A DNA stretch of 64,000 nt from a virus, in the IMG/VR virus record IMGVR_UViG_3300048687_000113, positions 32,001 to 96,000 of that record. The stretch is one strand, 5' to 3'. How positions within the stretch are numbered: the first letter of the stretch is position 1; each line of letters opens with the position of its first letter. Both the position numbers and the translations under genes were made by a program. Shown here piece after piece: positions 27,149 to 37,096 of the stretch. Below the pieces are notes generated by a model. The model saw nothing but the letters and a program-made list of their open reading frames with translations. It had not been told where the DNA came from and did no database searches.

Positions 27149-27775
27149 GTGAGCGGATTCTTTTTGACGGTCGACGGTCCCAAGGGCGTCGGCAAGAGCG
27201 CTGTCGTCGACGAGGTCGCCGACCTCATCGAGGCGTCGGACGGGCAGGCCCTGGTCACGTCGGAACCGTCGAAGACCCCTCTGGGCAATCTGCTGCGCGT
27301 CAGCACCGAACGGTACCGGGGCTACAGCTTCGCGCACCTGATGGCCGGCGACCGGCTCGACCACGTCGGCACCACGGTCCTGCCGGCCGTCCAAGCCGGC
27401 ATCACGGTCGTCTGCGACCGGTACGTGGCCTCCTCCCTGGTGTCCCAGCGCCTCGACGGGATGCTCCTGGAGGAGACCTGGAACATCAATCAGCCGCTTC
27501 TTCTCCCGTCCCTCTCCGTCGTCCTCACGGGCACGGCGGAGGTCATCGCGGAGCGGCTGACCAAACGCGGCTACCGGTCCGCTCGCTACGCGCTGACGGA
27601 CGGCTCTACAGCCCGGGAAATCCACTTCTTCGCTGAGGCCGCCCACTTCATGCGCTGCCAGGGAGTCCACGTCGTCACGATCGACTGCACCGAGCTGACC
27701 GTGTCACAGGTCGCCGCGCATATCGTCCAGGAAATTGACTCCATGCAAATGGCCGAAGGACTCACGCGGTCCTGA
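27149..27775 (+). CDS. tmk: Thymidylate (dTMP) kinase family protein
   Basis: P-loop DGPKGVGKS, EP, DR and CDRY motifs. Confidence 0.85.
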   Translation: MSGFFLTVDGPKGVGKSAVVDEVADLIEASDGQALVTSEPSKTPLGNLLRVSTERYRGYSFAHLMAGDRLDHVGTTVLPAVQAGITVVCDRYVASSLVSQRLDGMLLEETWNINQPLLLPSLSVVLTGTAEVIAERLTKRGYRSARYALTDGSTAREIHFFAEAAHFMRCQGVHVVTIDCTELTVSQVAAHIVQEIDSMQMAEGLTRS

Positions 27776-27807
27776 GCGGCCTGCCCTGTTGCAGGCCCCG
27801 GCCGCTG

Positions 27808-29085
27808 CTATGCGCGGTTCCGGAGCCGCTCGGCGAGGGCCTGGGCGTCGGAGGTGTCGCCGACGAGCGGCAGGCGGGCGGTGATGTTGCTCAGGCCGTC
27901 GTCGATGCGGACGGACTGCACGCCGTCGGCGCAGTCGAGGAATTCGTTCCAGGTGGCCAGCGCGGTCTCGATGTTGCCGCGCTTGAGCTGGACCTGGCCC
28001 AGATCGGCCAGCACGATCGCGCGTGTGCGTTTGCGGTCCAGGCCGTGGATGTCGAGGGCGAGGTGCAGGTGGTCTTCGGCGGCGGCGAGGTCACCGAGGC
28101 GCGCGTGGATCATGCCGGACTCGTGGGCCCACCGGCCGGGGCTGTAGTGCGAGGCCCAGGACTGTCCGGGCCGGGCGGGGGCACGCTCGATCGCCTGCTG
28201 GGAGCCGGCCAGCATTTTCGCCGCCGTCGCCCCGTCGCCGTCGGCAGCCGCCGCGCGGGCGAAGGTGTTGCGGTAGTACGCGAGTGCTTTGAAATTGTCC
28301 AGGCGCCGGCCGCGCTGCTCGCATGCTTCCGCGATCCGCACCGCCACCGGGATGTGCCCCAGGTCGATGGCCTGGTCCGCCAGGCCGCGCAGTGCGGTGG
28401 CGGCCAGCTCGTTCTCGCCGGCTTCGGCTGCCAGCCGGTACGAGTACAGGTGGTACTTCTGGCACAGTCCGTCCAGGCCTTCGTCGCGGGCCATCCATCC
28501 GATGAGCTGGACCAGTTCGGAGGTTGCGGCGAACAGGTCGCGCCCGACCGGGTCGGTGAAGCGGCCGTTGAGCCAGCGCTGGACGTCGACCGTGAGGTAG
28601 CGGACGGCGAGGTGTCGGGCGTGCCCTCCGCCGAGTTCGGAGGCCGCGTCGCCCAGGGTCGTGGTCATGGTGCGCACGGCGGCGACTTCGCCCCTGCCGA
28701 CCGCCACGGGGCCGGGGTTGCTCACGCGGCGGGTGACGGCGCCGGCATCGGGCAGGTCGAGGGCCGCCAGGCCGACTGCGGCCGAGGCGGTCACAAGGAA
28801 CTGCCTTCGGTCCACGTCGCTGCCTCCCAGTCGCATCACTGCGGTCACGGTATCGACGAACTCAGGCTTATTGTCGCCGGATAAATCGATACCCAAGACA
28901 CGCTCGATGAAGGGCAGCCACTCCGTGGGAATCCGGGTACCCGCTTCCCACCGGTAGACCTGCTGCCGGCCGACGAGACCGGTTCGGCCCCAGCGCATCA
29001 GCGACAGCTCGCCGGCGAGCTTGGCCTGACTGCAATGGGGCGTACGGGCGGTGCGTGCCGCGCGGATGCGCTCTGCGATCGTCAT
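27808..29085 (-). CDS. XRE-HTH plus TPR-like regulator (Streptomyces NsdA-like family)
   Basis: SQAKLA...VYRWEAG; DVDRRQFL; GGGHAR; GWMARDEG. Confidence 0.8.
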   Translation of the reverse strand: MTIAERIRAARTARTPHCSQAKLAGELSLMRWGRTGLVGRQQVYRWEAGTRIPTEWLPFIERVLGIDLSGDNKPEFVDTVTAVMRLGGSDVDRRQFLVTASAAVGLAALDLPDAGAVTRRVSNPGPVAVGRGEVAAVRTMTTTLGDAASELGGGHARHLAVRYLTVDVQRWLNGRFTDPVGRDLFAATSELVQLIGWMARDEGLDGLCQKYHLYSYRLAAEAGENELAATALRGLADQAIDLGHIPVAVRIAEACEQRGRRLDNFKALAYYRNTFARAAAADGDGATAAKMLAGSQQAIERAPARPGQSWASHYSPGRWAHESGMIHARLGDLAAAEDHLHLALDIHGLDRKRTRAIVLADLGQVQLKRGNIETALATWNEFLDCADGVQSVRIDDGLSNITARLPLVGDTSDAQALAERLRNRA

Positions 29086-29114
29086 GTCGGGCCGTTCTCG
29101 GTCCTGGTTCACAA

Positions 29115-29144
29115 CTGGCAGACATCTGGCAGACATTCTGGCAG
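29115..29144. promoter_or_regulatory. Direct-repeat operator CTGGCAGACAT x2 + CTGGCAG
   Basis: 11-12 bp period repeats between divergent genes. Confidence 0.55.
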
Positions 29145-29216
29145 CTTCCCGCAGGGCAGGACAGCGCGTTCACTCAGGAACGACAGCACGCAACACCCCG
29201 TCTCCTGGAGGAAGTT

Positions 29217-29804
29217 GTGACTCTCACCCTGACCCGCCCCACCCCCGAGTCGGTCGCCGAACGCGCTCGGACCATCCACGGCGACTGGCTCGCCGACCCC
29301 GAGATGGCTGCCGTCCTCGACGGGTGCGCGAAGTACTCGTCCGACTGGGACGACTTCTACGGCGGCCCCCTGATCAGCAACTACAGCGTGGCCCAGGACG
29401 CCGGGAACTTGCTGGCCGACGCGGTGAAGGTCATGGCCATCAAGTCGGCCGTGTACGAGGTGACCGGTGACGAACTCGCCTCCGAGCTGCCCGTGCCGGT
29501 CCCGGTCGACGTCACCTGCCACGCGCTGTGCGCGCAGATCACCGCCCTGTCGCGAATCCAGACCCGCACCGGGCACCTGTTCGTGCACTCCACCGTCAAC
29601 GAGCACGTCAACGACACCCCGTGGACCAGCGGCGACTACACGCACCAGGCGTACCGGCAGGCGTTCGGGCCGGTCGACGAGCGGTACTGGTTCGACGCTT
29701 CCGAGGCCGAGCGGCGCCGGAAGATCCTCGACGCCAAGTACGCCACGATCGGCATCACCGACCGAGGAATGACCAGCGCGATTTCCTTCGCGCCGGCTTC
29801 GTAG
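29217..29804 (+). CDS. Hypothetical protein
   Basis: GGAGG RBS; codon bias. Confidence 0.7.
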   Translation: MTLTLTRPTPESVAERARTIHGDWLADPEMAAVLDGCAKYSSDWDDFYGGPLISNYSVAQDAGNLLADAVKVMAIKSAVYEVTGDELASELPVPVPVDVTCHALCAQITALSRIQTRTGHLFVHSTVNEHVNDTPWTSGDYTHQAYRQAFGPVDERYWFDASEAERRRKILDAKYATIGITDRGMTSAISFAPAS

Positions 29805-30069
29805 CCTCCACGGTCTCCTGAGGGGACTCCGGCACGGACTCGGGTGCTTTCCGGTCCGGCTCCAGCCCGATCTTGTGCGGGTGGACGCATGCCGGGGTCC
29901 CCTCCGCCGTATAGCGGTACCCGTCGGCCTCGTTGAACTTCGTGTCGCGGTTGGGCCGTTCGTAGATGACGAACGCTTCGCGTGGCAGCCGCTTGGACGG
30001 GCAGATCCCGCACACCGGCCGTGCCGGATCGTCTTCGTCAGGGTCGATGTAGGGCTTCGGAGAGTCCAT
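29755..30069 (-). CDS. Hypothetical protein with CxxC
   Basis: MDSPKPY...CGIC...CVHP. Confidence 0.6.
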   Translation of the reverse strand: MDSPKPYIDPDEDDPARPVCGICPSKRLPREAFVIYERPNRDTKFNEADGYRYTAEGTPACVHPHKIGLEPDRKAPESVPESPQETVEATKPARRKSRWSFLGR

Positions 30070-30346
30070 AGCGCCGCACCATATCGACACTCAGGGCACG
30101 CTCAGGCGGAACTTGGCCAGCTTTCACCCGGCCCGGCTGCCGCCGGTCCTGCGGGCACATGTGTGTGGGGCGCGGTGGCGCCTCCGTCGGCAAACGGAAT
30201 GCAGGCAACACCGCGCCCCACGTTAGAGCCAGGCGCCCACCACTATCAGGGGTGCTCCGTGGCGGTTTCACGGTAGAGGGCGCTGCCGGTCCGGGGCCAG
30301 CGCCGCAGGGGTTTTGGGACGGTGCCGCATCAATGGGGCGCGGGCT

Positions 30347-30565
30347 TCACGGGGCGAGGCGTTCGCGTACGGCCTGGAGGGTGGCCAGCGCCATGTCCCA
30401 CTCGCCGAGGTCGTCGTCGAGGTGCTCGCCGGGGTTCTCGGCCACGCGCATGCCGTATGCCCAGACGCTGACGGCGTACTCGCGGGCCGCGTCGGGTGCC
30501 ATCTTGGCGATCCGCCGGCGGGCGTCGTTCAGGTACGGGTTGGGGGATTCTCGTCGGGTGAACAC
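30347..30565 (-). CDS. Hypothetical protein
   Basis: GGAG RBS before GTG. Confidence 0.5.
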   Translation of the reverse strand: MFTRRESPNPYLNDARRRIAKMAPDAAREYAVSVWAYGMRVAENPGEHLDDDLGEWDMALATLQAVRERLAP

Positions 30566-30834
30566 GCGGGCGTCTCCGGGGCGGTGCGGCGGTAGTTGGG
30601 CAGGAGCTGGCCGTCGGAGCCCAGGAGGGACGCTGGGCGGGCTCCCAGTGCCTGTGTGAGGGCCTGGTGCTCGTCGGGGGCGCGGGAGGTCCAGCGGCCG
30701 ATGACGAGGCCGAGGGTGCCGATCCTGAAGACCGTGGCGGGATCGGCCCGGCGGAAGGGCGGGCTGGTCTCCTGGAAGTAGGTGCGGTAGCGCCAGGGCC
30801 AGGTGCGTTGGCATCGAGTCGTTGTGATCAGCAT
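30529..30834 (-). CDS. Hypothetical protein
   Basis: TAATG coupling to KTSC gene. Confidence 0.55.
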   Translation of the reverse strand: MLITTTRCQRTWPWRYRTYFQETSPPFRRADPATVFRIGTLGLVIGRWTSRAPDEHQALTQALGARPASLLGSDGQLLPNYRRTAPETPACSPDENPPTRT

Positions 30835-31370
30835 TACCAGGTCGCCGGTGTGTAGGGCTTTCCATTGAGGGTGGAATTGACGTAGCGGCCCGGCGACCAG
30901 TTGTCGCGGAACTTCGCCCACTCCTGCGGGGTGACGTTGTAGTACTCGTAGCCGACCCCGTCCGCGTACTGCTCCGGCCCGGTGCGCTGTCCCCGGAAAC
31001 GTACGAACAGCGTCTGGGACTCGGAGTCGTAGCCGGCCGCGAGGGTGCGCGGGCGCGGCGGGTAGCTCGTGTTGGTGGGGCGGGTGGTCAGGAGCTGCTC
31101 GTCGTCCCACAGCCAGTGCGCCCGGCGCAGCGCTTCGCGCCGCTCGGGGCTGAGGTTCTGGGAAGCCTCGTCGATCGCGGTGTTGATCTGATCGCGGGGG
31201 TAGGCCGGCTGGGTGTTGATCTGCCGGGCCCGGTTCGCGATCGGCGGCTCGACGCCGGCGCCGAAGTCCCGCTGCTCCGTTATGGTCCGGTACGGAGTTG
31301 TTCCGGCCTGGCCGCGATTCTGTGCGGCGCGGGGGTTCCGGTTTCCGATTCGCCTTCGCCTGGGCGGCAT
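30834..31370 (-). CDS. KTSC-domain protein
   Basis: GYDSESQTLFVRF...YEYYNV...W..F....SPGRYVN. Confidence 0.75.
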   Translation of the reverse strand: MPPRRRRIGNRNPRAAQNRGQAGTTPYRTITEQRDFGAGVEPPIANRARQINTQPAYPRDQINTAIDEASQNLSPERREALRRAHWLWDDEQLLTTRPTNTSYPPRPRTLAAGYDSESQTLFVRFRGQRTGPEQYADGVGYEYYNVTPQEWAKFRDNWSPGRYVNSTLNGKPYTPATW

Positions 31371-31372
31371 GA

Positions 31373-31420
31373 GAAAACCCTCCTCTGCTCGGTATCAAGA
31401 CCGTAGGCAGGGAGGGTTTT
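31373..31420. terminator. Hairpin after recombinase, covering the RBS of the KTSC gene
   Basis: AAAACCCTCC..CTGC/GCAG.GGAGGGTTTT. Confidence 0.6.
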
Positions 31421-31435
31421 TGCGCGATATTCGCG

Positions 31436-32455
31436 TTACGGCGCCTGCGTCTTCCAGTCGACGCCGTAAGGATTGCGGTGGGAGCCGGCCGGGAGACGGT
31501 CGGCGTTGCGGTAGCCGAGGGTGACGTCCAGGTCGTGGTGGTCGTAGTACGTCATGACGCGGTCGATGGACGGCTGGTTGGGGTCGACCAGGGACAGCGT
31601 GATCGAGGTCGCGCGGCCGTCGTGCGGCGAGATGTTGAAACCGCAGCGCTCGCCGGCCTGTTTGACCATGCGCCACAGCCCGGATGAGTCGAGACGCGTG
31701 TGCTCCAGCTCGCCCGTCTCCTTGTTCCGGGTGCGCCGGAGGGTGGACATGACGAGGGGGCCGCTGGTGCGCCCGTCGATCAACGCGTCGATCAGCGGGT
31801 TCAGCGGCTCGGGGATGTCGATGTCCTGCCAGCGGGCCTTCCCCTTGCGGCGCAGGTGCAGCATCCGGCCGCGCGGGACCCGGTAGAAGTTCTCGACGTC
31901 GATGCGCTCGACCTCCTCGCAGCGCACGCCGGGCCCGAAGAAGAAGGCGGTCGCGACGGCTGCCCGGATGGATTCCTCGCGGGCCGCTGCGACGACGTCG
32001 TAGATCTCCCACGGGAGCAGGATCATGCGCTTCTTGCGGGTGCGGGGGTCGAGCTTGATGCCCTTGACGGGGTTGGTGCCCCGGAGCTGGTGGACGATGG
32101 CGTACCCGAAGTAGCTGCTGAGCGCGTCGTACTTCGCCTTGAGGCTGGGGATCTCGTAGGGCAGGGAGCTGCACTCGCTCACGCAGGGCCCGGGGTGGTT
32201 GTCCCAGTGCTCGGACTTGAGGTAGTCGAAGTAGTCCTCCAGCTCCGCCAGGCCGGCCTCCTTGAGGACGTCGATGCCGGAGTAGTCGGTGTAGCGGGCC
32301 GCCCAGTCCATGAACAGGTCGGCGTATCGGCGGTACTTGCGGGCGGTCTCCCCACTGCTGTGGGTCTTCGCCCAGCGCTCGTCGAAGGTCTTCAGGTCGA
32401 TTGCTGCGGTGCGGCTGCGGCGGTTGCGGTCGGCCCAGGCCGGCGTCGTGGACAT
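31436..32455 (-). CDS. Tyrosine recombinase (Xer/integrase family)
   Basis: Catalytic R (GVRCEE), K (RKGK), HxxR (HDGR), H and Y (DHHDLDVTLGY). Confidence 0.88.
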   Translation of the reverse strand: MSTTPAWADRNRRSRTAAIDLKTFDERWAKTHSSGETARKYRRYADLFMDWAARYTDYSGIDVLKEAGLAELEDYFDYLKSEHWDNHPGPCVSECSSLPYEIPSLKAKYDALSSYFGYAIVHQLRGTNPVKGIKLDPRTRKKRMILLPWEIYDVVAAAREESIRAAVATAFFFGPGVRCEEVERIDVENFYRVPRGRMLHLRRKGKARWQDIDIPEPLNPLIDALIDGRTSGPLVMSTLRRTRNKETGELEHTRLDSSGLWRMVKQAGERCGFNISPHDGRATSITLSLVDPNQPSIDRVMTYYDHHDLDVTLGYRNADRLPAGSHRNPYGVDWKTQAP

Positions 32456-32559
32456 GGGGGCACCCTAGACACACAACGCACAGGTAGTTGGTAGCTACCT
32501 TGCATTGTTACGAACGGTGGCATTATTCGCCCCTATTTGCCCGACTTTAGCTTCGGCGC

Positions 32560-34113
32560 ATGGGGACCCCGCTCGATGCCACTGACCACGAACTCACCCT
32601 CGGGCTGCCCGAGGAGACCGACACCGGACCCGACACCGCCGGCGCCGACCCGGCCGTGGTCTCCGACATCATCGACAAGATCGTCATCGTCATCGACGAG
32701 CTGAGCGGCCACCCGCTGCGCCCCTACCAACTCCCGTTTGCGCGCCGCATCCTGGAGTCCCTGATCATCGAGGACTCCGCGAAGCTCACCGCCCTGTGGT
32801 CGAGGCAGTCGGGCAAGTCGGAAACCGTGGCAGACGTGGTCGCCGGCGCGGCCATCATGCTCCCCCGCCTCGCGAAAGTTTTCCCGAAGCTGCTCGGCAA
32901 ATTCCGCGAGGGCCTGTGGATCGGTGTATTCGCACCCACGGACGAAATGTCGGAGACCTTGTTCTCCCGCATCGTCGGCCGCCTCACTTCCGAACGCGCC
33001 CAGGACATTCTTGCCGACCCGGAGATCGACGAAAAGCTGGTGGCCCGGGGAAAAGTCATTCGCCTCAAGCGCTGCGGCTCCCTGATCAGGAAACAAACCG
33101 CACACCCCAAAGCCATGATCGAGGGCCAGACATACCATCTCGTTGTTGTTGACGAGGCCCAGGCTGCCGACGACAAGGTACTCAACAAGTCCATTGCTCC
33201 AATGCTTTCCAGCACTGCTGGTCTAATCGTGATGACCGGGACCCCGACCTATACGAAATCCGGGTTCTACGAGCAGATCCAGCAGAACCGGCGGAACGCC
33301 AACCGCAAGGGCCGCAAGCAGGACCACTTCCAAGTCGACTGGAAGCTGGTGTCCAAGCACGTCCCCCGGTACAAGAAATTTGTACAGAGCGAGATGGACC
33401 GGCTCGGCGAGGACAGTGACGAGTTCAAGCTCTCGTACCGGTTGGTCTGGCTCCTGGACAAGGGCATGCTCGTCACTTCCGACCGCTTCGACGCGCTCGG
33501 CGACACATCCATGCGTGTCGTCCAGGAATGGCACCGCTCCCCCGTCGTCGTCGGAATCGACCCCGCCCGCAAAACCGACTCCACCATCGTCACCGTCTGC
33601 TGGGTAAATTGGGATTATCCCGACGAGTACGGCAACTATGAGCATCGCGTGCTGAACTGGCTGGATCTCCAGGGGATGGACTGGGAGAGCCAGTACTACC
33701 GCATCGTCGAATTCCTCAACCACTACTCCGTGTTCGCGATAGGCATCGACTCCGGCGGCCTCGGCGACGTCGTCGCAAGCCGGCTGCGGGTCCTCATGCC
33801 CTACGCCGAAATCGTCGACCTCAAGTCCGACCGCACCGCCCAGACCAAGAGGTGGGCGCACATGATGGACCTCATGTCCAAGGGCCTCGTCGTCTGGCCG
33901 GCGCACGCGAAGACACGGCAGACGAAGACCTGGCGGAAATTTCGCCAGCAGATGGAGGACGCCGAACTCAATTACCAGGGTCCGCACATCATCGTCGCCG
34001 CTCCCGAGGTCGACGCGGCCCATGACGACTATGTCGACTCGCTCTCCAACGCGCTGTACCTGACTGCCGACCTCACCATGCCCGAGGTCGAAATGCACAA
34101 CAGCCCCTGGTAG
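32560..34113 (+). CDS. Terminase large subunit
   Basis: Walker A SRQSGKS, Walker B VVVDEAQ, TGTP, RNase H GIDPA...HDDYVDS. Confidence 0.93.
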   Translation: MGTPLDATDHELTLGLPEETDTGPDTAGADPAVVSDIIDKIVIVIDELSGHPLRPYQLPFARRILESLIIEDSAKLTALWSRQSGKSETVADVVAGAAIMLPRLAKVFPKLLGKFREGLWIGVFAPTDEMSETLFSRIVGRLTSERAQDILADPEIDEKLVARGKVIRLKRCGSLIRKQTAHPKAMIEGQTYHLVVVDEAQAADDKVLNKSIAPMLSSTAGLIVMTGTPTYTKSGFYEQIQQNRRNANRKGRKQDHFQVDWKLVSKHVPRYKKFVQSEMDRLGEDSDEFKLSYRLVWLLDKGMLVTSDRFDALGDTSMRVVQEWHRSPVVVGIDPARKTDSTIVTVCWVNWDYPDEYGNYEHRVLNWLDLQGMDWESQYYRIVEFLNHYSVFAIGIDSGGLGDVVASRLRVLMPYAEIVDLKSDRTAQTKRWAHMMDLMSKGLVVWPAHAKTRQTKTWRKFRQQMEDAELNYQGPHIIVAAPEVDAAHDDYVDSLSNALYLTADLTMPEVEMHNSPW

Positions 34114-34181
34114 CCATTAACGGGCCGGAAAACCGCGCCTTTAGCGTCCTGGTGAGACGTCTCAATCATTGGAGGCACACC

Positions 34182-34577
34182 ATGGCGAACAGCCCCCTCG
34201 CTCCGGACCCTGAATTCCAGGAGTCCAGCGACCGCTTCTACGAGACGAAGCACGCGCAGAACACGTCCCGGCGCGGCCCCCTTCGCTTCCAGGAAGGCGT
34301 CAGCACGGACACCGACATCCCGACCGAGTTCGGGACCGGCATCATGCAGGGCTACCGCACGCCGGCCGGCCGGATGAATCACAACAGCAACGTCTTCGAA
34401 AAGAGCGCTGAGGAGACGATGCGCGAGCGCGCCCACGTCGGGAGCGCGAGCTGGCCCGAGGCGCCGACTTTCATCTCCGCAATGGCCCAGGGCGCGTCCG
34501 AGCCCGAGCAGTCCTACGCCCAGGTCGACCGGGGCGAGGGCCGCTCCCAGCGCCGGAACTACGCCCGGGTGGACTGA
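34182..34577 (+). CDS. Conserved phage head-module hypothetical protein
   Basis: GGAGG RBS; RRGPLRFQEGVSTDTD; position after terminase. Confidence 0.7.
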   Translation: MANSPLAPDPEFQESSDRFYETKHAQNTSRRGPLRFQEGVSTDTDIPTEFGTGIMQGYRTPAGRMNHNSNVFEKSAEETMRERAHVGSASWPEAPTFISAMAQGASEPEQSYAQVDRGEGRSQRRNYARVD

Positions 34578-34580
34578 GCT

Positions 34581-35285
34581 TTGACCAATCCCGGACAGTC
34601 CACACCCTGGGGAAAGATCCCCATCCCCAGCGAGGGGAAGTCCCCGGACGTCCCCGTGGACCTGGCGGCCATCGCCGACCCGATCGACACCCTGCTCAGG
34701 AATGTCATCGGCGGGGCGACGGCTCCGACCGGGCCGCTCAGCCCCACCCTCACCGAGGCGTCCGCATCCATCGGCGGGCTGAACTCCACGCAGTCCAGCC
34801 AGCAAGCGGCCATCACCACCATGCAGGGCCAGATCGCGGCCCTGAGCGCCGCGCCCTGGGCGGTGGGCACCTCCCGAACGAGCGCGTTCTCTCTGGCCGG
34901 CAACGTGAAGACGCCGACCCTCGTGCACTCCTACCAGGTGCCGGCGTTCACCCAGCGCCGGCTCCTGATCGCCTGGGCCAACATCGCGGTCGGCTGGAAA
35001 GACAGCACGACGTCCGCCGTGCGCGCCCGCCTCCAGGTCCAGGCCGACGGCGCGAGCACCTACGTCGACCGCAACCAGCACATCCAGACCGGTGTCGAGC
35101 AGTCCCACACCCTCTTTTTCACCGAGACCGTCGAGGCCGGCAAGTCGGTGCGCGTGGGCCTGTCGATCGACGTCTACGGCGCGGCCACCTCCTCCAAAAC
35201 AGTCCAGACCCAGGAGGTCGACCCCCGCATCTACCTCATCGCCCTGCCCTGGTCCGGGTCCGCCGTGTCTTCCCTCGCCGTCTGA
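34581..35285 (+). CDS. Hypothetical virion protein (coiled segment + beta-rich C-terminus)
   Basis: ORF in late operon. Confidence 0.65.
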   Translation: MTNPGQSTPWGKIPIPSEGKSPDVPVDLAAIADPIDTLLRNVIGGATAPTGPLSPTLTEASASIGGLNSTQSSQQAAITTMQGQIAALSAAPWAVGTSRTSAFSLAGNVKTPTLVHSYQVPAFTQRRLLIAWANIAVGWKDSTTSAVRARLQVQADGASTYVDRNQHIQTGVEQSHTLFFTETVEAGKSVRVGLSIDVYGAATSSKTVQTQEVDPRIYLIALPWSGSAVSSLAV

Positions 35286-35321
35286 CCCCACTACCCCGAG
35301 CTGCCGATTGGAGGTGATGCC

Positions 35322-37036
35322 ATGTCGATCGCCTTTGCTTCCCCCAGCATGCGAGCTGCCGCCAGTGACCTGACCATCTCGGTCAGTCCGCTCGGCCTCG
35401 TCGAGCTGGCGGACGAGGAGTTCGAATTAGCGAGGTCCACGGTCCTCGTCTGACCCGCTATTCGAACCACTGGGCCTGGTACCTCGGCTACCACTGGGCC
35501 TATAAGCGTGAGGCCGGCGAGCCCAACGTCACCATCAACTACACCGGAGCATTGAGCCGGTACATCACCAACTTCACGTTCGGCAGAGGCGTTCACTTCC
35601 AGACCGAGAAGAAGTACGAGCACATCGTGCCCGCACTCCTGGAGCGGGTCTGGAGCGTCGACAATGACAAGAAGAACACCCTCTGGCAGATGGGCGAGAA
35701 CGGTTCCGTAGCCGGGGACTGTTTCGTGAAGGTGGCCTACGAACCCGCCTGGAGCGATACGGCTGGCAACACGCACCCCGGGCGCGTGCGCATTTTGCCG
35801 CTCAACGCTGCACAGTGCTTTCCGGAATACCATCCGCACGACCGTGATCGTTTGCTCAGGTTCAAGATCCGCTACAAATTCTGGGGCACCTCCCTAGAAG
35901 GGACGCGTGCCGTATACACGTACACGGAGATCATTACCGATGAATACATTGAAGAATATGTAAATGATGAACTCCTCGACGCGCGAGAGAACCCCCTGGG
36001 AACCATCCCGGTGGTGCACATCCGGAACATCTCCATATCCGGCTCCCCCTGGGGCCTGTCGGACATCGCCGACCTGATCCCGCTGAATCGCGAGTACAAC
36101 GAGAAGTGCACCGAGATCAGCGACATCGTGAATTATCACGCGGCGCCCGTCACGATTATCACCGGTGCGAAAGCGAGTCACCTTGAGAAGGGGGCCCGGA
36201 AAATCTGGGGCGGCCTCCCCAAGGATGCGAACGTTTTCAATCTGGAGAACGGCGTCGACCTCAACGGTCCGCTGCAATACCTGGAGCTGATCAAGCGCTC
36301 CATGCACGAGCTGACCGGCGTCCCCGAGACGGCCCTGGGCCAAGCCCAACCGATCTCGAATACGTCAGGAGTGGCTCTGGCAATTCTCTACCAGCCACTC
36401 ATGTCCAGGTACTCCCTGAAGCAGACCAACTACACGGCCGGCCTGCGCCGGATCAACGAACTTGTACTGCGCACACTCTTCCTCTACGAGCCCGAGTGCC
36501 GCATCTACGACCCCAGCACCCAGGGAATTCGGGTATCCGACGAACAGCCCCTCGTCATCGACCCGCGCGACCCCGAGGTGTACGACACCACCGTGGACTG
36601 GCCCCCGCCGCTCCCGGTGGACGTCCTGGTCAAGCTGAATGAAGTCCAAGCGAAGCTCGCCCTGGGCCTGGAGTCCAAGCGGGGAGCCCTGCGCGATCTC
36701 GGGGAGACCTTCCCCGGAGAAAAAATGCAGGAAATCTTCGACGAGCGACTCACCGAGGCCAAGGAAGACGGCGCGCTCGAATATATCAAGGCACAAATCG
36801 CCAGCACTATCTTGCGAACTACGGGATTGCCGCCGGAAGGCGTGGAAAGCCCACCCCCTGCACCGGCCGCTTCCGGCTCCAAGGAGTCCGGAAATACCGG
36901 AGCGACAAGCGCCGGCCCCTTTCCCGGAGTACCGGGAGTGGGGCAGGGCAAAGACACCGACTCGGTCCTCAGTGAACTCGTGACGCTGTCGCAGGGCACG
37001 AAATTGGCCCAGCGACGGAACCCGGAAAACGACTGA
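35322..37036 (+). CDS. Portal protein split into two frames at GAA-TTAGC-GAG (35424-35434): bypass-decoded gene or pseudogene
   Basis: GGAGGTG RBS + MSIAFASPS...ADEEFE then TTA and stop at 35451; continuation VHGPRLTRY...WYLGYHW in the 35552..37036 frame; SPP1-type portal motifs (GTIPVVHIRN, WGLSDI, TSGVAL). Confidence 0.85.
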
Positions 37037-37096
37037 ACCGTCCGCCGCTCATCCCTACTCGCATCCGGCGGCCCCACCAGCCTGGAGTGAACCACC

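Noticed and set aside
31418-31446. dif-like site at the end of the recombinase
   Set aside because: Spacing and right arm do not fit the GATAA-N6-TTATG pattern
35423-35433. CGA-ATTAG-CGA read as an IS excision footprint making the portal a pseudogene
   Set aside because: Not excluded, but less favoured: neighbouring genes are intact, and the insert puts TTA exactly in frame between matched Glu codons
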